NCBI GenBank assembly: GCA_041752695.1
Contig: JBGSVZ010000044.1
Coordinates: 1 to 35,244 of the forward strand
Length of the DNA: 35,244 bases
Direction: 5' to 3'
DNA from: Terrimicrobiaceae bacterium
Lineage (GTDB): Bacteria > Verrucomicrobiota > Verrucomicrobiia > Chthoniobacterales > Terrimicrobiaceae
The position numbers and the translations under genes were made by a program. A model generated the notes under the pieces. The model was given only the letters and a program-made list of their open reading frames with translations. It was not told the DNA's origin and searched no databases. This document shows positions 9,806 to 19,840 of this stretch, piece by piece (the first letter of the stretch is position 1; each line of letters begins with the position of its first letter).

Positions 9806-12055
9806 ATGCGAATTTGGACGCCTCCCCTCTTCTGCGCGCTGCTTGTGGTCAGCCTAGGCCCAGTCAGCGCCGCGCCCGTTGCCACCGTGACTCCACTGGT
9901 CGAAGCATTGCCGGAACAAACTCCCGCTGAGAAAATCAAAAAGAGTGCGCTGCGTGTTGCTGTCGAGCAGGCCTCCGCCGCAGAGAGTGCGGGAGAGACG
10001 GGTTTTGTCGAGACCCTCGTCGTGGACATCCAAAAGGCCCTCACCCTTCCCGCGACGACCATGGCGGCCCCGAACAGCTCGGCCAAAAACATCTCCGTTC
10101 TTCAACCCCTGCGAACGGTGGAAGGCAATCCCTACCTGAAAACTCTGGCCGAAGGCGCAACCCGGGAGATGGAAAAAGGCGACCTTGTGTGGGCAAAAAA
10201 CACTCCCACGGACAATGTTTTTGAAAAGATGCCAGCCGTTGAAAGCTCCGCCCGGGTGACCGCTGCCCGGATGGAGGCCTATCTCTGGCTCTTTGCCAAT
10301 CCGGGGAGTCCACTCTACCAAAATGAAAACGTGCTGGCCCGCTTCCTTGGTCGGGCGCTCGCTTATGCCGATGCCATCAATGTTCACGGCTCGACCAAGG
10401 CGGGGGCGCTGATGTTTGACGACTTTGCCATTGCCCCGGCCGTCCTTGCCATCCGCGAATTTGCCCGCCTCTATCCCGGGTTGCTTCTTCCGTCGCAGCA
10501 GGCCTCCCTCGATTCCGCGATGAAAATCGCCGGCGCCAAAATTATGGCCCACAGCGACAATCAGGCCATCAAACATGCCAAGGGGTATCCGAACATCGAT
10601 CTCTCGATTGCCTTCGAACTGCTCAACCTTGGCCTTTATCTCGATGACCCGGAAATCGTCGCCCGCTCCAAGAAAATCCTCCACCGCTTTGCTGAGGATA
10701 TCCTGCCGGACGGGGGTTCGCATTACATCTGGAGTCAAAATGAATCCGCCGGCTACCACGATGTGGTCGCCTCTCTTTTGGCGCGCACTTATGAAATCGA
10801 CGGGGATCCCAAGGCGCTCGCAATGCTCAAATCTCTCGAATGGTATGGCCCGATTAGCATCGGAAGGCAGGGCGAATACTGGACCGCACCCTCCTGGAAA
10901 CACACGTGGAACAGCGCACTTCAAGGCATCGTGGGAGGCGAATACGTAATCGGCGCCACCGGCAACCCTTTGTTGCGGGGAATGCTGGGCGGTCCGGACG
11001 CTGATCCCCGGAAATGGTTTTACGCACGCCCGCCCATGCCGTGGTATCGCGGCGACATCGTGGCGCAGCCCCTCCCGGACAATGTGACCTACCCGGACCG
11101 CAATATCGTGGGTCCGCGCTCGTGGTATGGACGCTTCAGTTACGCGGCAACTCTGCGGGACATCCCGACCGATGAACCCGGCCACGCCACGATCATGGGC
11201 GCGTTGACCACCACGAAGGACCTGACCATGCAGGCCTTTGTCATGGGAATTTATCCCCGGGTTCTCCTGGCGGACAAACGCGAAGATCCCCGCTCGTGGG
11301 CCTGGCTCACTTCCGGCCTGCAAAGCTCGCAGATTGTCGCCCGGCAGTTTAGCGTGGTTTCTGGGTCTTACGAACTGAGCACTTTCAACAGCGCTACGGT
11401 TGGAACGCTGAGCGGTTGGATGGGACGCCAGCTTTGGCTGGGATTGCCTGACCGGATCGTCGGCCGCATTGAAGTCGCCCCGGGACCCGACGCCAAGCAG
11501 GCGCTGGATTTACAGGGGATCGTCCGGTTGGGAACGGGCGGAACGGTCAGCGGGGGGCATCAAATCATTCGGGAAATCGCCCCGATGACGTGGCAATACG
11601 GCGACTTGGTTGTTCGCGTTTGGGATCAGAATTTTGCCAGCGTCGAACCTGTGGATGTGCCCTTCCGTCTTCCGCAGTTTCCGGTCACCGAACTCACCCT
11701 CACTGCGGGGAATGCCCAATCGCCCGCTTCGTTTCTGGTGGAAATCCGTCCCTCTTGGGCGGTTCCCGCGGAAGCAATTGCGCTGCTGGACCCATATGGA
11801 CTAAGCGGCCTTCGCGTCGCATTCGGGGGAAAACACTTCACTGCGCTGTCTAATCCGACGGGGACGCCCGTTGCCCTCCCTGCTGGAAAGGGGACACTTT
11901 TTGTCTCCGGTTCCCACGAACCAAGGACCGCCGCGGCGCATGACCTTCTTCCCGGACAATGCGCGGTTTTCGTGGACAGCCCGGACACCGCCGATCTCGC
12001 TGCGGGAGTGAACAGCTACCACGACCTTGTCAAACCCTTCCCCCCCGCACCATGA
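9806..12055 (+). CDS. Secreted hypothetical protein, probable alpha/alpha-toroid lyase-like (PL8/PL12-like) (749 aa)
   Basis: Signal peptide; helical N-half with YPNID and LPDGGSHY...NESAGYH; beta-rich C-half with GRQLWLGLPDRIVG, reminiscent of the PL8 central domain. Confidence 0.5.
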   Translation: MRIWTPPLFCALLVVSLGPVSAAPVATVTPLVEALPEQTPAEKIKKSALRVAVEQASAAESAGETGFVETLVVDIQKALTLPATTMAAPNSSAKNISVLQPLRTVEGNPYLKTLAEGATREMEKGDLVWAKNTPTDNVFEKMPAVESSARVTAARMEAYLWLFANPGSPLYQNENVLARFLGRALAYADAINVHGSTKAGALMFDDFAIAPAVLAIREFARLYPGLLLPSQQASLDSAMKIAGAKIMAHSDNQAIKHAKGYPNIDLSIAFELLNLGLYLDDPEIVARSKKILHRFAEDILPDGGSHYIWSQNESAGYHDVVASLLARTYEIDGDPKALAMLKSLEWYGPISIGRQGEYWTAPSWKHTWNSALQGIVGGEYVIGATGNPLLRGMLGGPDADPRKWFYARPPMPWYRGDIVAQPLPDNVTYPDRNIVGPRSWYGRFSYAATLRDIPTDEPGHATIMGALTTTKDLTMQAFVMGIYPRVLLADKREDPRSWAWLTSGLQSSQIVARQFSVVSGSYELSTFNSATVGTLSGWMGRQLWLGLPDRIVGRIEVAPGPDAKQALDLQGIVRLGTGGTVSGGHQIIREIAPMTWQYGDLVVRVWDQNFASVEPVDVPFRLPQFPVTELTLTAGNAQSPASFLVEIRPSWAVPAEAIALLDPYGLSGLRVAFGGKHFTALSNPTGTPVALPAGKGTLFVSGSHEPRTAAAHDLLPGQCAVFVDSPDTADLAAGVNSYHDLVKPFPPAP

Positions 12056-15000
12056 AACCTCTTGCCTTTATCCTTCTTCTCGCTGTCGCGACACCTCTCG
12101 GCGCCCAAAATCCAACCCTCCCGCCGCCACCACAAGACAAAGGTCTGCCTTACACCCGAACCTCGCTGACCCGCGCGCTGGCTGCCCTGGGAAAGGGAGT
12201 CAGCGTCTTTCCCGGCAGCCGCTACGGTTATGTGAATGGACTCCGGGTTCGGCTTAGTGAGCACGACCTGCTTCGCGCCGAGGCGCTTCTTAGGGACGGG
12301 ACACTGTATGTCCCGGCCTCGTTTATTCGCGCCTTCCAACTCGACAAACTCACTCCGCCGCCAGTTCCCTCCGACCTCGCCGCGATTGCGGATCGCTGGG
12401 TTTACGCTGTGGATGAGATTGTCCCCGCGGGACCAGCAGTCCGGTCTCCTGCGGTGGACATCGGTGGCGAACCCTATGTTCCCTTCGAGGAAGCGGCGCG
12501 TGCCAGCGGTCTGACCGTCACTCGCCACCCAAGCGGTTTGGTTCACGCGGGTCGCGAGGCCTGGTCGCTCCCGGCCAACCAGCCGGAAATCCTCGCCAGT
12601 GTCGTAACGCTTTTTGACACCCCGGAGCGTTTTGCCGACCCGTCCATCGCGACGCAAAATATTCCGATCCTCCAGCGACAGGGAGCCTGGACGGATCATG
12701 TGAAGGTCACTCCTGCCCAACTGGCTGCATTGAGCGGTCCGGAAACAATCTGGCCGGAAACACCAACGTCCGACTACAACGAAGCTGGCATTAATCGACA
12801 ACTCTTGGGGTCGAAAGTTCCGCCCCCCGGAGAGTATCCCAGGCTGCTTTTCAGCGAGGCCGATATCCCTAAGCTCGCGGCGCGGGTGAAGAAGACTGAG
12901 ATCGGCCAGAAGTCCCTCATCGAGATGGAGCATCTCTTCCGTCAGAGCTGGTGGGATCCCAGCACCAGCGATGGGCAGATTTTTCAAAAGCTGAGCACGG
13001 GCAATTTGGAAGGCCTCGAATGGGAACTCGCACCGGGCAAGGCATTTTTCGAATCCTCCCACACGTTTAAGGGCCAAAAACCGGGAATTCATCATTCCCA
13101 TATTGCCTATGTCCCGGAATGCCTGACCGCCATGGCGATGTACGCCATTCTTACGAACGACGAGCCGTTGGGAAAGAATGTCGCGAGCGCGGTCGCCAAC
13201 TATTACAAACTGCGCGAGCCCCTGCTCGATCGCTGGCTGGAGATTAGCGATTCGGAATTTGGCTCGTCGATTATCCGCCCGGACGGTTCTCTCACTCCCG
13301 GCAACGCTGCCGGTGCCCGCACGCATTGGCGGAATGTTCATGGACTGGTCGCGCACATGAATCTTGGCCTGTCCCTTGACCTGGCGGGGAAATGGATGAC
13401 CTCCGAACAAAAGGACCTGATGCGTCGTGTGATTGCCAAAGCGACTTATGGACGGCGATCCCATGGGCAGGATGGACCGATCCGGTTCCGCGATGTCAAT
13501 TGGATGGCCTGGGACCTTACCCATTTCCTGGCGGTGGCGGCGATCGAAGGGCTGCCGGGCTTCGATCCCGAGGCTTACGCGGCCGGACACGAAAGCGTTC
13601 GCGCCTTCTGCGAATGGGGCGTAGATCCTGCGGGCGTGATATTCGAAAGCAACGGGAAAAACCCCGGCGCGTTCCAATTTCAGTTACTTTCCATGGTTGT
13701 CGTCGCCCGCCGGGCGGAGAACCTCTTTGCGCACCCGCATTGGAAAGCGCTGCTGGAAGGTCAGGTGCAAATGACCTCCCCCAGCGGCCGGGTCATCCCG
13801 AATAGCGGCACCCAATACGTTCCTCACAGCCGACAAAGAATCTCCCTCAACCTCGCTACTCAGCTCAAGGGATTCTATCCGCAAAGCCGGTTGCCGGATT
13901 ATCTGGTCAGCGCCGCCCTGCAGGAACCCGGTGCGGAAACCGACGAGGCTGGTCGCCTGCTCCCGCGGCCGGGTTTCGACGCGGGCAAATACAAAAAGAC
14001 CGTGAAAACCCTCAAACGTCTTCGCCTTCCGAGCCTCACGTATCCGGGCTTCGTGCGTGCCGTGCTTTACGATGCGGACGTGGTTCCCACGAGCCGCGCC
14101 GACCTCGCACTTCCGCTCGATTTTAACGCTCCCGTGCATGGGGTCTTCTCAGCCTACAGTGACCGCACGCCGGAGGCCGCTTGGATCAATCTCATGGTCC
14201 GACCCAACCACTACCTCGGAGCGGGCCATCACCACGCGGACGCCGGGATGTTTCATTTCTCGGCCCTTGGGGTTGATTGGATCACCGAGTCTCCATTCAC
14301 GCAGAACTACTCGGGCAAATTGCATAACCTCGTCTTGGTGGACGGTAAATCGCAGCCTGATCCCATCGTCGGTCCGACCGGAACGCTGGTCAATGGCTAC
14401 AATGCCTCTGGCCGCTATCTAGACCCGGTTCTGGGCCAACATGCCTCTATGGCGTCCGCCGATCTCACCTATGCGTATTCCTGGCGCTGGAATACCCAGC
14501 CGCCCGAGATTTGGTCGCCTGAAATGAAGGCCCTCGGTTGGGAGATGGATCCCTCGCCAGAAATTGCAAAAATCTTTGCTGGCACGGCCCGCATGAAGTT
14601 GCGGCCCTGGTGGACAAACTACAACGCAAGCAATTATCTCGCCACCAGCCGCTCGCCATTCAATCCAATGGAATATGTTTTCCGCACCACCGGTCTCGTG
14701 CGTGGAGAACATCCTTTTGGGTTTGTGATCGATGACGTGCGGAAGGACGCGACAAAACGCCTCTACCAGTGGACCGCAATGCTGAACGGTGGCGTTTGGC
14801 AGGCAGAGGTTTCCGGACTGCCGACGAACGCGATCGCGCTGGCGTGGAGTGGAAATGACACCGATCTTAAGGCCGTGGAAACCAAACCAGTGATCGTTCC
14901 CAAAGCCGGCGATCCGCTGCTCGTCGTTTATGCGCTAGGAATGACCGATCGATCGGCTTTTGCCGTGGAAACCCTCGAGGGCCCGCCCACAAAGAAGGGG

Positions 15001-15246
15001 GAGAAACAATATTATGACCGATTGTCCATTTCGCACACGGCGGATGCTGCGAAGTTTCGCGTCCTGCTTGTTCCGGTTCGTGCCGGAGAAACTCTTCCTA
15101 ATATTACTTATGATCCGTCCGTGCAAACCGCAACCGTCGCATGGGCCGATCAGCAGGACACTCTTGCCTTCCGCAACTCCGAATCCCCTCGCACCCTCGT
15201 CGAAATCCGACGGACAAATCCCGGTCCCGCAAACTCCATCCAATAG
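12052..15246 (+). CDS. Heparinase II/III-like secreted protein, paralogue B, with N-terminal copper-amine-oxidase-N-like (stalk) domain (1064 aa)
   Basis: ATG 12052 overlaps the upstream TGA. Signal peptide MKPLAFILLLAVATPLGA; GSRYGYVNG...DGTLYVP stalk-like motifs; PPGEYPRLLF, VNW, AIEG, GHHHADAG, HNLVLVDG, IDDVRKD. Confidence 0.65.
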   Translation: MKPLAFILLLAVATPLGAQNPTLPPPPQDKGLPYTRTSLTRALAALGKGVSVFPGSRYGYVNGLRVRLSEHDLLRAEALLRDGTLYVPASFIRAFQLDKLTPPPVPSDLAAIADRWVYAVDEIVPAGPAVRSPAVDIGGEPYVPFEEAARASGLTVTRHPSGLVHAGREAWSLPANQPEILASVVTLFDTPERFADPSIATQNIPILQRQGAWTDHVKVTPAQLAALSGPETIWPETPTSDYNEAGINRQLLGSKVPPPGEYPRLLFSEADIPKLAARVKKTEIGQKSLIEMEHLFRQSWWDPSTSDGQIFQKLSTGNLEGLEWELAPGKAFFESSHTFKGQKPGIHHSHIAYVPECLTAMAMYAILTNDEPLGKNVASAVANYYKLREPLLDRWLEISDSEFGSSIIRPDGSLTPGNAAGARTHWRNVHGLVAHMNLGLSLDLAGKWMTSEQKDLMRRVIAKATYGRRSHGQDGPIRFRDVNWMAWDLTHFLAVAAIEGLPGFDPEAYAAGHESVRAFCEWGVDPAGVIFESNGKNPGAFQFQLLSMVVVARRAENLFAHPHWKALLEGQVQMTSPSGRVIPNSGTQYVPHSRQRISLNLATQLKGFYPQSRLPDYLVSAALQEPGAETDEAGRLLPRPGFDAGKYKKTVKTLKRLRLPSLTYPGFVRAVLYDADVVPTSRADLALPLDFNAPVHGVFSAYSDRTPEAAWINLMVRPNHYLGAGHHHADAGMFHFSALGVDWITESPFTQNYSGKLHNLVLVDGKSQPDPIVGPTGTLVNGYNASGRYLDPVLGQHASMASADLTYAYSWRWNTQPPEIWSPEMKALGWEMDPSPEIAKIFAGTARMKLRPWWTNYNASNYLATSRSPFNPMEYVFRTTGLVRGEHPFGFVIDDVRKDATKRLYQWTAMLNGGVWQAEVSGLPTNAIALAWSGNDTDLKAVETKPVIVPKAGDPLLVVYALGMTDRSAFAVETLEGPPTKKGEKQYYDRLSISHTADAAKFRVLLVPVRAGETLPNITYDPSVQTATVAWADQQDTLAFRNSESPRTLVEIRRTNPGPANSIQ

Positions 15247-15252
15247 TCATTT

Positions 15253-15888
15253 ATGAAAACCGTTCCCGCCCTCCTTGCTCTCCTCGTATTTACAGGTACT
15301 GTCCACGCAGCAGACGAAGTCATCGGTCATTGGCAGGCTGAGGAGGCGTCCGGCACTGCAGGCAACCTGACTTTTCCCGCCGTGGATTCGGGACCAACCC
15401 TCTTTGGGGACGATCCCGGGTTGTCGTTGTCGAACGACCCGGAACATAAGCAGGTGATCGCCTTTGATGGAACCCAGCAAAGTGGACTCGCTTCCAGAGA
15501 CAAGATGCCAATATCCGGCCCACTCACCGTCACGGCCAAAGTGAAACTCGAAAGCAACCCTGAAATGGGACGAATCCTTGCGCTTCCAGGGGTGGAGATT
15601 CGGCATGACGCCAAAAAGAGAGTCCTCACCCTGATTGTCTGGCTCATGGAGGAGGGCGCCGGATCGACGCCGGAGATCTCCATACCCGAAGTGCTGGATG
15701 AATGGATAACCATCAGCGGCGAAGTTGGCGAGAACACCATGAAGATCACCGCAGGAGGCGAAACTGCCGAGAAGGAGTTCTCCGGTCACTTTGCACCAAA
15801 GCCGGGATTGGTCTACTTCGGGATGGGTGCGGGCCGTCCTTTCCATGGGAAAATTGCGGAAGTCAAAGTGACCGAGACTGCAAAGTAA
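15253..15888 (+). CDS. Secreted LamG-like jelly-roll protein (211 aa)
   Basis: Signal peptide MKTVPALLALLVFTGTVHA; IGHWQAEE, IAFDG, LTVTAKVK, DEWITISG, YFGMGAGRPFHGKIAEVKV follow the LamG pattern. Confidence 0.7.
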   Translation: MKTVPALLALLVFTGTVHAADEVIGHWQAEEASGTAGNLTFPAVDSGPTLFGDDPGLSLSNDPEHKQVIAFDGTQQSGLASRDKMPISGPLTVTAKVKLESNPEMGRILALPGVEIRHDAKKRVLTLIVWLMEEGAGSTPEISIPEVLDEWITISGEVGENTMKITAGGETAEKEFSGHFAPKPGLVYFGMGAGRPFHGKIAEVKVTETAK

Positions 15889-15922
15889 GCCCCCTCATAA
15901 AATCCGTCCACACCCTTTAGTG

Positions 15923-18415
15923 ATGACTCATAGCATTCTTCTCAAATCCGCCGTTCTCACCCTCACCTGCCTGCAGTTCCTGATTGCGGCGCCGGCCCAT
16001 TTGCCGGGCGAACTTTCCGCCGAGCAGATCCTGAATGGCGAGTCACCCTTTCCCGCCTCGCCGAAGCCTGCAGTCACTATTAACAACCAAGGCCTTGCCA
16101 GGGACCGTCTGACCCAAGTCCCGCCGCCCGGGGTGCATCCACGGTTGCTCATCAGTCCGGAAGATCTGCCTGGCTTGAGGAAACGCCTGAAAGAAACCAA
16201 TGTCGGGCGCGGCCTTTACGCAACCCTGCAAAATCGGCTGGATGCCGCGCTGCATGATCCGAAAAACTGGGGTGGCGAATTTTATGAAGCGCTGGCCAGC
16301 GGCGATCAGGCTGCGGTCAACACCCTTCTCGAAAAAAACAAGGGCCTGCCGCCGTCGATTGGACATTACCAACCCTTCCTCGCGGCCATTGTCATGGAGG
16401 CCATGGACGCCCTGATCACCGAGGATGAGGTTCGTGGGCGGCGCGCCGCCACCGCAATCGCCACTTATGCGGAAATGATCCGCCCCGGAATTGAAGCCGC
16501 CGCGAAACTCCCGATGGGTGACGATTCCTGGCGGGCGAAAACCTCGGGTCCCATGACCGGAACCGCACTCTCAAGTCAGGGAATGCGCGACGGTGTGGGC
16601 GGACATTTGCTCGGCTATGCTTATGATTTTGCCTGGCCGTACATGACGGAAGCTCAGCGGTCCACAGTGCGCAAGACAATAGCCGAGGCCACTGCCGGAA
16701 AACTCTGGATGGGCGCACGCCTGCCTCACCATTTCCGGAACTGGAACTGGATTGCCGTTGGGCTGCAACAACCCCTGCTGGCGCTGGCGATTGAAGGCGA
16801 GGAAGGATATGACCCAAGGGTCTATGAACTTGGCGTCGAAATCGCCCGCGATTATCTCACCTACGGCATCTCCCCGAGCGGGATGTCCACCGAGGCGGTG
16901 GGCTACACCCAGTTTGGCTTGGTCTGGGGCAATCCGTTTTTTGTGGCCGCGCAACGCCGGGGCGCCGATTTGCTCGGACACAACCATCACCGGGCGATGC
17001 TGGATTGGTATTTGAATGCCGGACTGCCCACTCGCGACTTGTGGCTGAGCGGAGGCGACGGCGGCGACACCGGGCCCTCCATCGGCACGTTGTCGATGTG
17101 GCGGTATTTTTTCCCGAACGATCCCAAAGCCGAGGCCGTCTGGCGGAGCATGGTTCACGCAGCAGAGGGCAAGCCACTGGAGGGAAAGTTTCACCTCATT
17201 GAACCGCTCTTATGGGCCGCGGCCGATCCCGGACTCGAAAAGCCTTTGCCCGAAGACGCGAAGGATCTAACAGCGCTTGGACTGCCGCCCGTTCTTTTTG
17301 ACCCGGTACGGAGTTCCCTCATGGCGCGCAGCGGGTGGGGAATGAACGCGGCCTTTCTCCAGTTCGAGTGCCGCACGGATTCCGTCGGCGCGAGTCACGA
17401 ACACGCGGACCGCGGCCACTTCACCTTTGCGGCTCTCGGACGCGTCTGGGCCAAGGACAATTTCCGCTCCGTGGAGACCCGTCACCACAACAACATCCTC
17501 ATCGACGGGCAGGGACAGGGCTACTGGCCGGGTCCAGGCGTGTGGCTGGGCTTGGAGGAACAGGGCGATCTCCTCATCGCGGCTTGCGACGCCAAGCCGG
17601 CCTACGATTGGTTCTGGCCGAAACAAATCGTGACCGAAGATCCCGCCACCTTCGTGCGTTTTCCGTTTGCCCGCTGGGCCAGCTACCAAAGTGAGGCGGT
17701 GGATTTTGGAAAGCGTCTTGCTGGGCTTAAAGGTGAGAAAGACACCCGTCCCGGCGTGGTCGATTTCTGGCGGGGTTTTGAAAATTCCGATCCCCGCCTT
17801 TGGGATGAGGATGCCTGGCCGGTTCGGTATCCCCACAACCCCGTGCGACGCGCATTTCGCACGGTGGCTTTCGAGCGGGGTAAAGCTCCCTACGCGCTGA
17901 TCATCGATGACATTCAAAAGGACGGAACCGAGCGTCTCTACGAATGGTTGATGCAGACCGGCCCGGACACCGAGATTGCCTCGTTTCAAGACAACGATCT
18001 CATCCTCTGCGATGCCACGGTGCAACGGGATAAAAAGGGCCTGCCCAAGCCACAAAAGGGCGACCGACTGCTCCTCGTGCGGATCCTGAAGCTGAACGAC
18101 CCGGAAGCGATATTAAACTATCAAAACCGGCCGTCTGTTCGCCTCGAAACCTTCGAACGCCGCGATACGCTGCTGCCGGCGTCATCCGGCCTTTCTGGCA
18201 GCCGGTCCTTTGGCCTCGACAAACGCCTCGTCATCGCCAGTCGCTCGGTGGCACCGGATTTTCAGATCCTGCTTTATCCGTTTCGGCAAGGTGAACCCCT
18301 GCCTAAGACAACCTGGAGCGACGACCGATCCCTCCTCTCCATCGAGGCCGGCGGCACAACACGCTCCTTCACATTCTCTAAAGATGAAACCGGCCGCACC
18401 CGCCTCAAACCCTGA
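15923..18415 (+). CDS. Heparinase II/III-like secreted protein, paralogue C (830 aa; GTG 15920 is an alternative start)
   Basis: Signal peptide; PPGVHPRLL, YAYDF, RNWNW, AIEGEEG, TEAVGY, ARSGW, SHEHADRG, HNNILIDG, IDDIQKD, LLYPFRQGE. Confidence 0.7.
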   Translation: MTHSILLKSAVLTLTCLQFLIAAPAHLPGELSAEQILNGESPFPASPKPAVTINNQGLARDRLTQVPPPGVHPRLLISPEDLPGLRKRLKETNVGRGLYATLQNRLDAALHDPKNWGGEFYEALASGDQAAVNTLLEKNKGLPPSIGHYQPFLAAIVMEAMDALITEDEVRGRRAATAIATYAEMIRPGIEAAAKLPMGDDSWRAKTSGPMTGTALSSQGMRDGVGGHLLGYAYDFAWPYMTEAQRSTVRKTIAEATAGKLWMGARLPHHFRNWNWIAVGLQQPLLALAIEGEEGYDPRVYELGVEIARDYLTYGISPSGMSTEAVGYTQFGLVWGNPFFVAAQRRGADLLGHNHHRAMLDWYLNAGLPTRDLWLSGGDGGDTGPSIGTLSMWRYFFPNDPKAEAVWRSMVHAAEGKPLEGKFHLIEPLLWAAADPGLEKPLPEDAKDLTALGLPPVLFDPVRSSLMARSGWGMNAAFLQFECRTDSVGASHEHADRGHFTFAALGRVWAKDNFRSVETRHHNNILIDGQGQGYWPGPGVWLGLEEQGDLLIAACDAKPAYDWFWPKQIVTEDPATFVRFPFARWASYQSEAVDFGKRLAGLKGEKDTRPGVVDFWRGFENSDPRLWDEDAWPVRYPHNPVRRAFRTVAFERGKAPYALIIDDIQKDGTERLYEWLMQTGPDTEIASFQDNDLILCDATVQRDKKGLPKPQKGDRLLLVRILKLNDPEAILNYQNRPSVRLETFERRDTLLPASSGLSGSRSFGLDKRLVIASRSVAPDFQILLYPFRQGEPLPKTTWSDDRSLLSIEAGGTTRSFTFSKDETGRTRLKP

Positions 18416-18424
18416 TCTCGACTT

Positions 18425-19822
18425 ATGAAACACCACCTCCTTCCCCCTCTCTTCGCAGTTCTGACGGTCAACGCTTTCGGACAGGCTGCACCGGAAATCA
18501 TCGGCCACGAAAAGGACTACACGACCGCCAATGCCGAAGCCGCCAAGGCCCCTTCACCCACCGGACCCATGCCCGCGGTGGAGTTGCAGGCCAGGGGCGG
18601 ACTGCCGCGCCTCCTTGCCAAACTGGCCAAGGGGGAGCCTGTCACCATTGGATATTATGGAGGCAGCATCACGGCCGGACCGGGGTGGCGCAACGCGACC
18701 TTCGATTGGCTCACCAAAACCTACCCGAACGCCAAGATCGAGTTACTCAATGCCAGTGTAGGTGGATCGGGTTCGTTGGTCGGGGTTTTCCGTGCGGACG
18801 CCGATCTTGTTTCCAAGAAACCCGACGCCGTCTTCATTGAGTTCTCCCTCAACGACGGCAGCGACGTGCGGGATCGTCCCGAGGAGGTCACCGGCGCGCT
18901 CGAGGGCATCATTCGCAAACTGCGCCAGGCTGATCCCGACACAGACATCGCCTTTTTCTACACGGTTTCCGCCGAGGCGCTGGAAAAGGCCAGTCAGGGC
19001 CTCTGCTCGAATTCCATCTCCCTGCATGAGCGCGTGGCCGCTCATTATGACCTGCCCTCCGTTCACATGGGGATCGAGTCCGCGAAACTTTTTTCCGAGG
19101 GAAAATTGATCCATCAGGCTCCCAAAACCCCGAACGGCCTGACCGACGACGGGAAGATCATTTTCAGCAACGACGGCAGCCATCCCAGCGAGAAAGGTCA
19201 TGCTCTGAATGGCGAAGCGGCCGTTCGTGGACTCCAACAGCTCGCCGCAATTCCGGCAACCGAAGCCGCTTCGCGCCCCCTGCCGGCACCGCTTTCGCCG
19301 CTCCCCTGGGACAAAGCCAAGACGGTCGCCGCCGACGGCCGGGCGAAATTCGAGGGAAACTGGACAAAACTCAACGCGGCCGATGGCCCCGGTTGTCGCC
19401 GCTTTGGCAAAAAGTTTTACGAATGGTTTCCCGCGCTTTACCGCACCGCCGAACCGGGGGCGAAGATGACGGTTCAATTTGAAGGAACCCACATTGGTTT
19501 CAAAGGCATGGAAGGCCCCGACTCGGGCATCATCACCGTCGAGCTCGACGATCAGGCCCCCAAGAAAAAATCGCTCTTCACGGTTTATGCCAACCAGCAT
19601 GTCTACGTCGGAAGCCCGTTGCCTGCCGTGCCCTATGGTAAACATACGGTGACCTGGACGCTGACCGATGAGGTTCCACCCAAGGAAGAACTTTTGGCCA
19701 AGAAAAAAGCCGACGGCGACTTCCGTGCCAATCCGGACAAATACAAGGAGAACAGTTTCTCGGTTGGCCAGATCATTGTCTTGGGAGACCTGCTCGACGC
19801 CGACGGGAAGATTCTTCCCTAA
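18425..19822 (+). CDS. SGNH/GDSL hydrolase (probable carbohydrate esterase), secreted, with C-terminal beta domain
   Basis: Block I GYYGGSIT, block II NASVGG, block III IEFSLND, block V DGSHP; signal peptide. Confidence 0.88.
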   Translation: MKHHLLPPLFAVLTVNAFGQAAPEIIGHEKDYTTANAEAAKAPSPTGPMPAVELQARGGLPRLLAKLAKGEPVTIGYYGGSITAGPGWRNATFDWLTKTYPNAKIELLNASVGGSGSLVGVFRADADLVSKKPDAVFIEFSLNDGSDVRDRPEEVTGALEGIIRKLRQADPDTDIAFFYTVSAEALEKASQGLCSNSISLHERVAAHYDLPSVHMGIESAKLFSEGKLIHQAPKTPNGLTDDGKIIFSNDGSHPSEKGHALNGEAAVRGLQQLAAIPATEAASRPLPAPLSPLPWDKAKTVAADGRAKFEGNWTKLNAADGPGCRRFGKKFYEWFPALYRTAEPGAKMTVQFEGTHIGFKGMEGPDSGIITVELDDQAPKKKSLFTVYANQHVYVGSPLPAVPYGKHTVTWTLTDEVPPKEELLAKKKADGDFRANPDKYKENSFSVGQIIVLGDLLDADGKILP

Positions 19823-19840
19823 CATTTTTATCAATTCTTT

